Assembly (NCBI GenBank): GCA_964658305.1
Contig: OZ210884.1
Coordinates: 4,774,001-4,838,000, forward strand
Source of the DNA: Leptogorgia sarmentosa
Taxonomy: Eukaryota
Direction of reading: 5' to 3'
Length of the DNA stretch: 64,000 nucleotides
Shown: one piece after another, positions 1 to 11,400 of the stretch
Layout: each line of letters starts with the position of its first letter
Numbering within the stretch: the stretch's first letter is position 1
Translations under genes and position numbers: made by a program
The notes under the pieces: generated by a model
Seen by the model: the letters and a program-made list of their open reading frames with translations, nothing else
Databases searched by the model: none
Told to the model about the DNA's origin: nothing

Positions 1-266
1 ATTTACAAAACGAATAGGAGTGTTTTTAAAATTTTGCTTATCCACCGTTTAAGCTAAACGCCTTTGATACAACCGGCCCCTGCATGGCAGAAAAGAAATG
101 ATATTTCATGAAATCTAGCTGGGGATTAAACTAAATAACATCGATCACTGAACTTCAAAGGGTTTTCATGGCACATGGATGCAGACTGTAATGTTATTAC
201 AGATACGGCGGTATTTTCGAAATGTGATTAATAATCGGCCGCGATTAATCAATACTACACAAAATT

Positions 267-2119
267 CAAAATCGGTACCTTTCGACTTAAACATTTTTCA
301 AATTTTGTTCATACATCCCAGTTTGTATTTTATGTGGCAGTTCATATCAACTCGGCCTCGTTGTCCAATTATTAATTAGCGAGCAGCTAACCTGCCTAAT
401 CAAATCGTAGTATTGGATGAGTAAAAATTGTACTGATTTTTTTGCCTTGCAATGCCGCTAATTACTTCATTCAGTTCAATAGAAGGAAACTCGTTACGAA
501 AGTTCCCCTATCTATTACCGTATTTTAATTGCTCGGTGGTAGCTACCTGAGGCAAATGACGCATATTATTAATTATTATATTGTTCCTTGCAATTCAATG
601 ATATAAGAATCAATTCAAATTTCATGCAGATATTGGAAGAGTATTTTTCAAATGCTGTAAGAATGCAAATTTTCCTGTATATGGAATATTGTTCTTGTCG
701 CTTAGCCAAAACACCTTCAAATACTTTCGCAATGAAACCACCTATGCATGCAGGTTTTCCAGACTAATTTTTTATCTTGAGCTTGTAGAAACAAAACTAG
801 CGAAAGAATATAGGAAACAATTGAAAGCAGCTATGGGAATCTGTATACTTCTGAATCATAGCTACATGTACGAAATGATACGATCAGATTCAACATTCCC
901 GGGAACGCATTAAGGATCGAATAAGTTTGAAATAATTACGAGTGCCTTTGCTCGGAAGATGGCGAATCCAGTTGTATCTTTCAGGTAGTGCATGAGTATA
1001 GAAATTTGTCTGCTCTTTCTAGTATATAGGCCGCCTCAGTTTCATTCGCCACTGCATGCATGCAGACTTATATGAGAGGTGGTAAATTTTATTCGTTATA
1101 TGTGCTGGAAAATCAGGAAACTAGCAAGACATTGTAAATCAAAGCATGCTTTGCTTGGCATAGTATTAGGAATCATGATTTACTGATAATTTTTGCAAAC
1201 GTTCTGTTGAAATTTCTGCCAAGAAAGATAGGTAGTGTCCAAAGGTCAAATATATTAATGAATTCATAAAATACGTTCGTGTGGATGGAGCAATTACTAA
1301 GGAAATCAATGTTCTTGAAGTTTGTAAATAGCTATAGCTCCTTGAAATAGATATGCCAATATTTTTTGTTGGTTTTCGATAAAAACCTTTTATTGTATCA
1401 TATGCGTCCTTATTTTGGCAACATGCTTTGTTTCTAAAGTGTTGAGGAAGAAATGACACCAGTTAGCCGCCATGTCGCACATCAGAAGTAGAGGTAGATT
1501 TTATAAAATTTACCATCAATTAAATTAGTTTATTGGTACTAATTGCAAATCAGTATTCTTGAAGAGTTAACAATTTACCTAGCTAATGCATATACTGTAA
1601 GTCCAGTTGGCTTTTACTGTACCATTGAACATAATTTGGTATTGCCTAAGATGTTAAATTTTATCAACGAAACTAAGGATGTGTGGAACATTCTACGACC
1701 GTCATTAATGTCAGTAAATCAAAGTTTGTACAAACTAATTGAAAAAATAATAACTTTGGTTTCACTAGCAATTTACGAGTGTTTTGGTAAGTGTGATTCA
1801 TTAAATGGATGTAAACAGATCTATTTATGATACAAAGCGTCTTTGAACAAGTGCAGACAATATGAAGATATTGCATAATATGATATTGGATTCCATGTAA
1901 ACTAGACCTATCAAAAGTTCTTTTTTTTCTGCCAGGGCACTAATTTATAACTCCTCAAAATCGGAACTTTTAATCGACTTAAACATTTTTCAAATTTTGT
2001 TCATATATCCCAGTTTGTATTTTATGTGGCAGCTCATATCAACTCGGCCTCGTTGTCGAATTTTTAAATAGCAAATGGAGTCGCAGCTAATCTGCCTAAT
2101 AAAATTGTAGTATTGGATG
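267..2119. repeat. Dispersed ~150-bp direct repeat pair (about 267-419 and 1956-2119) upstream of CCDC91
   Basis: Both copies read caaaatcgg..tcgacttaaacattttt(t)caaattttgttcata.atcccagtttgtattttatgtggcag.tcatatcaactcggcctcgttgtc...gtagtattggatg. Confidence 0.8.
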
Positions 2120-2418
2120 TTGACTACAAAATGTAATTATACTACAAGTTTAATTTATCAGTGACTCAGTACCACTCCTCAGTGCACGCTGCGCGAGCAA
2201 AAAATACACCCACGATTGTAAAACACGTTTTAGTTGCAATAATTGGGGGGGGGGGGGGGGGAGTAGGGTCGGAAGGCCGATCTGATGAGCGTGCAATCGA
2301 GCCCTAATTGTACTGTGATGTACGCAAGGGGTACCGTTTTTATAATAATTTGCATAAGGAATTTCCCTATATGGAATATGGATATTTGAATTCTGGATTC
2401 CTCAAGTTTCCTCCGAAA

Positions 2419-5400
2419 ATGGCGGACAATTGGCCTGCTTTCAAAACATCAGAGAGCGGAAAAAATGATCAGGTATGTTTAGTTGTTTATCAACACTATA
2501 AACAATAAACTAGCCCTTAGGTAACAATCCAACAATTTTATTGAACCATTTAAAGGCGAATTCTGACATATGAATAAAGTGATCGTATTTAACAAAGAAT
2601 ACAAGCAATCATTCATAATTGTATGATTCAAAACAAACTGCTAGATCACGAATTGTGGCATTAAGTATCGAGGTTGTAGGTTTATGTTGTGATCGTTGTT
2701 CATCGACGGAAACGTTGTTCTTCAACACTGACCTATCTACATGCTGATCATTGCATGCATATATACGTACAAAGGCGAGAGTGTTCACTGAACCTTTTCC
2801 ATCTATAGCTACCGTATATATCAACTTATAATAACATTGTGCTACAACTCATCGTCATTACCGCGAACAGTGTTGGCAAAAAGTATTGCTATTAATGTCC
2901 CACATTACCATTTATAACATCAATGAAATGTATAAATGGCAAAAGTCAGCTTCTTGCAATAATGACAACAGGATTCAACAATATTGTGCTGACCATTTGC
3001 TTCCAGCTGCAATTTAAGTGGTACCAACTTATAACAATATTACATTTTCTACAACAACAATTAAAAAATAAGCCAAAGCAATGTTTGACTGATGCAGCTC
3101 TCAAATTATAAAAGAAATGTTGGCCAAGTTTTCATCTTGATCTTGTGGCATGACTTGAATTTTTGGTTACTCCAATGCAATCTTGCAGACACAGTAACAA
3201 GTTCCGCATGGTGTATACTAGGGCTGTAGTACATGATGATGAAAGTTACAATAAGAGGAGCTCAAAAGGAAGTTTATCGCATCTACAGTTGGTGGCAGCA
3301 TTGCTATAAAAGAAGAAATGTTATATCCAAATTTCACGAGAAACCATGCTATTAGTTATTAATAATTGAAATAATTAGGTGTTCCAGGCAATCTTAGCTT
3401 CCATTCTATTCATTTTGAAATCACTAATTCAAGCAATCTGATTGGTTGATAGTGGTGCAATTACAACTAGAATTGCACCACTTTGGAGCTGTATAATCAC
3501 ACTATTTTGAGGTTTGCTCACATCAGCACAAGTTGCAATCGCATAATTTTCTAACCAATCTTATTGCAGCTCCAATCAATCAGATTAATTTATAGTGCCC
3601 AAACGGCCAATCAGGTTCGGGATAAATATTAGATCGATAATCAATAATTAAAACATGAAAACAAATTATTTACATTAATATGCTCTGTGTGATCAGAGAT
3701 AATCAACTGTGTTAGCAATATTTGTGCCTCAAAACACAAGATAAAGAAGGGAATTAGGACAATATTTCACAAATATATCTCACATGAGACAGTCGAAATG
3801 CGAACAAATCAACGTCAGGGAAACAAGCAAATCAGGGCATAGTTCACGCTTCATTGATCATAGCTCCGTTGTTTAAACAGAAAACCGCACCATATAATTC
3901 CTAGGACCTGTAATACATTCGCACTTACTTGTGTTATCCTTTATTCTTTGTGTATACGACTCATTTTGTGGAAATTTATCCGTTTAATTTAGCAAACTGC
4001 AATACTTTCATAACTGGTTGCTATGCTACAGTATTCAGAAGGAGTATGCGGAGGTGTGTCGTTTTCAAACCGTAACACTTCCGCTTTGCAAGAAATGTAG
4101 TCACGTGTTTGATTTCAGACCAAGTTGCGCTCCACACAGTAGAACTGTAGAACTGAAGTACCATTTTTATTAACTTTCATGTCAAAACTAAAGTTTTCTT
4201 GTTTAGTTACGTCACATTTACAGAGATCAAGTAACTTTTGTTAGTCTTGTTTGAGATCAGATAAAGCGAGAGTCTAGAGATAAAGCTTGTATTAGTTTGA
4301 AGACAACGATAAAAGGCATATTTTTGGGCTATTTCAACACAATTAATATATCTCGACGTGCGGCTAAATACAGGAATCTAGTCCACGCTGTACTCTAGAA
4401 TTATTGCCTAATTCATCCCTAATCCTGATTCTCACCTCTATAACAATATTATAAGAACATAGCCCCGACTATCCTCCTGTCTTCAGTCGTTATTATATGA
4501 TGTCGCCCGGCTGCCATGTTTATTTTGTTTTGAAGCAATCTGAAGCTTCAGCTCTAATTTGATTGGTTCAAAGTGATTACAGATTTTTGCACTGTAATAA
4601 CCGAGAGTTGCACTGTGATAACAGAAAATTGCACGTTAATAACAGAAATTTGCACTGTGATAGCAGAAAATTGCACTGTAATTGCAGGAAATTTCACTGT
4701 GATTTGGGATTTAACATTGTGGATTATTAGTATAGATAATAGCATGGCAAGTTTTTCAAAGACCTGAAAGCCAATTGCACTGCAAACTGTGATTTGAGAG
4801 TAACTGAAATGATCCAATCACAGTCGAGTAGTACTTTTATGTATATTATTATTGCAGAAACAGCATTTAAAGCAAGTAACATTGCCCTCAATGATGTAAC
4901 TTCGCATATAGCTATCCTATTTTTTGCTCATTCAGTAAATATAGCTGCATTTTTTTCAAAACGATTTTGAGGTAAATTCCCAACATCTTAATGAAATGAA
5001 CTGTTGCTTAATTGATTGTAATTGTTGGTTGTACACGTCAATATTCCTAATAGTTAGAACAGAGTTATAAATGACTTGCACGAAATTTTGAGCTGGCCAG
5101 AACGTTTCAAATTTGAATGATTTGAAAGCTACTCGTGCATTTTTTTGAAGATTGAAAACTAAAAAAGGCTACACAGTATTAATTTTTTTTTGCATGAAAA
5201 ATCTTTCAGGATGGTGATGATGACTGGGCTGATTTTGGTGGTTTTGAGGTACGTACAGTAGGCCCTCGTTCATACGTCGAACTTTTCATGCGCCGAACCT
5301 TTTGCAAATGAGCTTAAACAGAGAACTTAGCTCATTAACATTAGATTAGGCCTATAATGCGAAATCAGTAGGACAGTCTGGTGTATATTGGCAAAACGTC

Positions 5401-8400
5401 AAAGCATATAATAATGTTAGTAAATTCAAAAAACTGTGATCAATCGCTAAGCGGAACGTTATAAAAATTTAATTTATTTTTATTTCGACAAAAATGCAGT
5501 AAGCAAAACATGACAGAGAATGTCGAATTCATGGAATTCTATAAAGTACTGCTGTGTATAGGGTAATGGTTGCTGTACTAATTCTTGGCTTAGCGAGATA
5601 ACCTCAATTTGAAGGAGAAATGTGGGCATCCCGAAAAGGTGTAATGTGTTTTGGTGACTGCTGTTTTTGTAATACATAGACGCGAATAATTGTATGTCGG
5701 GAGACTAATTAACAATTAGACAACGAGGTCGAGTTGTCTAATTGTTTAGTATACACTTTATGCACAGAATTATTGATATCAAGAAAATTCTTCAGAAACC
5801 TCAGCAAAACGCGACTTTTCTGCAGTAGCCAAATTGTTTTCCCTTGATTTTTTGCGAACCGTGGTCTATCACAGAATAAACGACGGCTGAGTAGCCAATC
5901 AGAATGTTGCATTTGTAATAGACGATGGTTGGGTGTATACTAATTGCAATTAATGGTCCAGTCGGCATTATTGCCGAGTATTTACCTTTCCAACTAACCA
6001 TCCTCTTCTTTCAAAACCATTTTTTTTTACTGATGTCAATTTTGTTTTGACTTCCACTTTCTTTCTAGTCGGCATCACCAGCATCAAATCCTTTTGGAAA
6101 TTCCTCGGCAACGGCTGGATTTCCGTGGGCTACAGCATTTCCAACTGCCTCTCCCCAGCAAGCTGCCCCACCGTCATCTAATACCCAGGGAACATTCCCG
6201 GTACAGACCTCGGCATTTCCAACCAGCAGTGAACAGACAAGCAATGTACCATCAGCCCAAGCACAATCTTCCAACCTTCTCCTCAGTGAGTCTGGAGGAG
6301 AATATGCAATACTTAGTAATGCTCAAAGTGGTGTTCCCGGGCAGGTGTCGTTACCCACCCAACAACCCCCACCTCACGCTGGCCCGCCTACCAACGCAAT
6401 GCCTTTAAAGGGTGATGTACCCTTCCAAACAACCTCAGTTGTTGGCGGGACACCAACGCAACAGGCACAATCCCAAGCCCCACTACATGCAAAGCCAAAT
6501 TTAATTCCCGCCAATGACCTATTCATATCTCCAAGTACCGAAATAACCACGCAGTCTGCCCCACCTATACCGTCTAGAGAGCGTCGCAGCACGAGTGAAC
6601 CAGTCGTGGATGAATCCAGATTGAATAAAGTACAGGGAGAGTTAAAGGAGGCAAACGATAAACTTAATGATTGCCAAAATCAAATACAAGTATCAGAAGA
6701 AAAACTATCACTTGCCGAACGAGAAAAGATTCGCTTAGAAAAGGTGTGTTGATTAACTTTATTTTTTAGTAAGTTACACAGTTGATTTGGTATACAAAGT
6801 CTTTCTGTGAGCACTGCACGAGGGTGGATGATTTGAGGCAAATAGGTCATTCTAAAGGATCCTTGCAAGTTGTGTCGTAGGGTCTTGATTCGACGAGAAG
6901 ATTATTGAGAGAGCTATAGCTATGAGGTCGTTAAACTATCCGTTTAATCGCTCTTTTGATCTCATTCCTGAAGGAGCTTGAAGCATACGGGATAATCAAC
7001 GTAGGGCGGGACTTTTATGGTTAAAGCGTTGTTCTCTTTTTTATCTTTACACGTTCCTCTTATGTACTGTCATAACCGTTCCGTATGGCTCAATGTTTCA
7101 TTCTGCTTCTTGAAGCAAGGCGTCGGTCGAACATAGTTTAGATGGTGTTACTAATGCAGCTTCTTTCATCGATCTGTTCGGGATGGCTTTAATTTTTTTT
7201 TAAATATTGACTCTCTGACGTCATTTTGTTTTGTATGAATGTGAAGAATCCATATTTGGTTAGCTATTGAGTTGATATGACAAATTCACCGTACGCTGTT
7301 AACATACTAACAATCAGGGACGAGGAATGTTTTAAATAAATAATAATTAATTGTATACACCTACTGTATATACCTATAAAGGATCTTGTATACACGGCAT
7401 TTTTCCTCGTTAAAAGATTTTCTGTCATTTTAGAGCCTAGAGCAAATGAAGGAGAAATATATCGAAGCATCAGAACTTGCTAAAGAACAGTATTTGGAAT
7501 TAGAAAAACAAAAAGAGAAATATGATCAGTTGCAGGTAATACTTAAATGCAAGGCCCTGGTCAAAATTTACCTTTGGATCAATATGTAGATGATAAGATA
7601 TTTACCTTGGGAAAAAAATCATAACTTCGCACCGCCGTGTAAAATCGATCCTCTCTAAATTACAGGAAAGAAACTTAAGTTTTGTTCCTTATTGTTCCCC
7701 AAGATTTTATACAGGGTGTCCCAAAAAAGTGACCTCTATGGAACTCACTCTTTTGTTGTTAATCTCGGGTTATTGCACCTCTGGAAATTTAAATTAGCTT
7801 TTGACGAACAGCAACAAAAGCGCGTGCTGTTATAAATACTTCTGTCGTTCATGAGCCATTCAATTATACTCTCAAAGGTATAGCAACGCACGTTTGAAAA
7901 CAAAAGAGCTGATTTCTATCGAGGTCACTTTTTGGGACACCCTGTAGATACACTGCATTAACACGTACTTGAATAACTAGAATTAATTCTTATCAAAGTT
8001 TTTATAACTGTTTGGTAGGATCGACACGATGAGCAGCTGAAGAAATTGAGAGAAGCCGGACAGGAGGCTTTTGCATTAATAGTTGAGGAATATAAGGTAA
8101 GTTCATGTAGATAGATTATTTAATTACATATAAAAGGTAAAAAAAATCGCTTCAATGTGCGCCTTGGATAAGAAATTTTTTGAATGAGAATTAACGCGCC
8201 GTTACACGATGCAATTTCTCTTGCAACTTGCATCGCAATTCTACTGTTAAAGGATGTGAAATTGGCAAGCACGAGTCTTTATCGATTTTCCTAATGAATT
8301 CTTTACAAATCAAACAGTCTTCACTAATTTACATGTCTTAAAAGCAGAATTGCGTGTAACAGCGGCTTTAGTATAAGCCCGTTTATCACTTTTAATTATT

Positions 8401-11400
8401 ATTTCGCTGCCGCGGCGGCGAAAAAAAATAACAGAGAAATTACTTTTCACATTCATTCAATGCCTCTGAAGCCGAAATTTATTTCACTTCTCAACCTGTT
8501 GAAAATGTGCTACTTTCGTCTGACCTTTCACTGATAGCGAAAAAGACCGGAATAACGAAATATTTTTTCGGAAATAAACTTCGACAGCAACGGCGAAATA
8601 CGTGAATGGAAAACTTGTTTATAGTCCCGACTTAACTCGAAACTTTTTCTTGTCTAAATGGATCCAATATTATTTAGGAATTGTCGAAAACTGCCGTCGC
8701 TCAAGAACGAGAAAACAACGAGAAACACTTACAACAAGCGCTGGGAGAAGAACGAGAAAAATTTACAACATTTGTGCAGCAACAGGTATATTTTTTAGAT
8801 GTTGCCATCGAAAACAATAATATGTGCCGAGAAGCATAATATTTAAGAAATAGATAACGAGTCGCGTGCCATTATGCTGTTATAATGCACGAGGGGAATG
8901 TTGGGAGAATACGAGAGAATCGCGTAAAACACGAGGCGTAGCCGAGTGTTTTACGCGATTCTCGAGTATTCTCACAACATTGCCCGAGTGCAATTATAAC
9001 AGCATAATGGCACGCTACGAGTTTTTCTATTTCTTTTATAATATAAGAGAATATTAGCGCAACAAAAAACTTCGTTAGGAAGATCAAAATTACAATTCTC
9101 TTTACATGTAATCAAGCGTGTTCTCAAATGTTGCCAAGCAGCAACACAGCTTTATTCTTTTAGCTGAGCGAAAGCAAACAATTCAAGCGTTTTTTATGGA
9201 TGTATTTTTAGTATATATGTATTTTTATTGTCTTTTTGTCAAACCAAAGAGTCGCGGGAGAAATTTAATAACTAGATGCGTGCATTACGCTGTTATAATG
9301 CACGCTCATTAGCCAATCACGTTGCAGATTTTACCCTGCTTATATTATAAACTGTATTATAATATAAGTAGGGTAAAATCTGCAACGTGATTTGCTAATG
9401 AGCGTGCATTATAACAGCGTAATGCACGCATCTGGCTATTAAATTTCTCCCGCGACTCTATGGCTTGACAAAAAGACAATAAAAATACATATATACTAAA
9501 ATTCTAAAAATACATCCATAAAAAACGCTTGAATTGTTTGCTTTCGCTCAGCTAAAGGAATAAAGCTGTGTTGCTGCTTGGCAACATTTGAGAACACGCT
9601 TGATTACATGTAAAGAGAATTGTAATTTTTATCTTCCTAACGAAGTTTTTTGTTGCGCTAATATTCTCTTATATTATAAAAGAAATAGAAAAACTCGTCG
9701 CGTGCCATTATGCTGTTATAATTGCACTCGGGCAATGTTGTGAGAATACTCGAGAATCGCGTAAAACACTCGGCTATGCCTCGTGTTTTACGCGTTTCTA
9801 TCGTATTCTCCCAACATTTCCCTCGTGCATTATAACAGCATAATGGCACGCGACTCGTTATCTATTTCTTAATTAGTATAAATTTGGAGGCGACTGGAGC
9901 TTTTCTTTGCAATATGATTGTTCAACAAAGTTGACTCTCACATCTTCCTTCCATTTCTCAAAGTCGATTTTAGGCAACTTTAGCAAAAACAACGCGACGT
10001 CAAAGAGGACGTAAAAATGGCATGAACCAATCCATAGATGGGCGTATCACATGAAGGGTTGATCCTAAGGCCTCCTATTTTCCGAAATGGACAGTTCTAA
10101 TTGAAAAATGGGTAGTTCTAAATCCTAAAATGGGCAGTTCTAGATCTAAATGAGTTGTTGCGAGAATATTTCCAATGTCCAAACGTCAATAAGACCACCG
10201 AAATTATCAGTTTAGTTACTACCTGTTTTCTGATTTCATAAAGTGCACCATTGAAAATCTCTTTTGAGAATCGAAATTTATAAAATTTCTCTGATAAAGA
10301 ATATTAAAAGCTATCGGGCGAAGCATTTTAATTGAAAACTTGATTCCATTGCCAATGTGAACAATGTGACATAAACCTAAAAAATGTCTGTTTCATATAT
10401 GTGGCTAAATTGGATGGCAAACGATAGGAACATTATGATAATATTATGTAGCTGGATAGGAGACTCTTTCGCGAAACGTATTTTCCAATACTTAGAGCTA
10501 TAACGTTTTAGAATGTTGTTATATGTCGTATTTGAGAACCCTTTTTATAAATCATAGGGTGATAATCTTAAACTTTTGGTGACCGAAGAACAAGCTAATA
10601 GTTTGAAGAAGTTGGAAGAAGCATTAGAAGAACAAAAAGCGAAACATCAAGTTAGTCATTTGCATTGAATCTGTCTATACATGGATATTGTCGCATACAG
10701 TTGCAATGTCTTGGAAAAACTGGGTTGCTGCATGTGTGGTCGATCCAGTCGATAATAACGTGTTCTTTTAATTACTAGGCTGAGTTGAATGGATGTCTTG
10801 AAGAAGAAAGACAACGCGGAAAAGAAGCCATTGAAAAGGCTGTTGAGGTTTGAGAATGAATATACTGCATACGACAAAACGAAACGTTACCTGACGCAGT
10901 TTTAAGTCCCTTTCCCACGACAAAATTTTCTTTGACAGATTTTTATGTCTAATGCATTTGCTCAATAGCTATCAAAATAAATTTGTCAAAAAAATCGCTA
11001 ATATTTACGACCAAGGAACATTTCACAGATGAGATTTGCGAAGAAAATTTGTTCGTGCTTTAGTTCGATAGTTGAGACATATATAAATTAACTATATATA
11101 ATTGTTGTTTTCAACTACAGTATATAATACTTTCTGGTAGAAATCGAGAGCGAATAGTAATCTACTTGTTTTAATAAAATCATACAGAGATCGAACATAA
11201 AATATTCAAAAAAATAACTGAAAGACACGAGGAAGAGACGTTTCCTTTCAAAACGTTTGCCGATAAAAAACTGTTTTGCCACTGGTTCTCTGTCAGGAAT
11301 AGATAGCGTGAGTGGAGCACGTAGTACCAGTAATACTCTACTTGCTCTCGATTCAACGAGATGAATAGTTTAATCAAACTTCGCACAGATAAAAATCTCT

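Noticed and set aside
1166..1474. Possible divergent minus-strand gene start (ATGGCGGCT near 1474)
   Set aside because: The frame closes after about 27 codons; no recognisable protein or convincing exon chain.
2609..4140. Possible nested minus-strand gene or transposase remnant in CCDC91 intron 1
   Set aside because: Only short frames with no motif I can identify.
4554..4817. ORFs with repeated ITVQFS / CTVITEN peptides
   Set aside because: Products of a 21-bp minisatellite inside CCDC91 intron 1; no splice support.
8866..9849. Twin ORFs MPLCCYNARG on opposite strands
   Set aside because: A consequence of the palindrome; no coding features.
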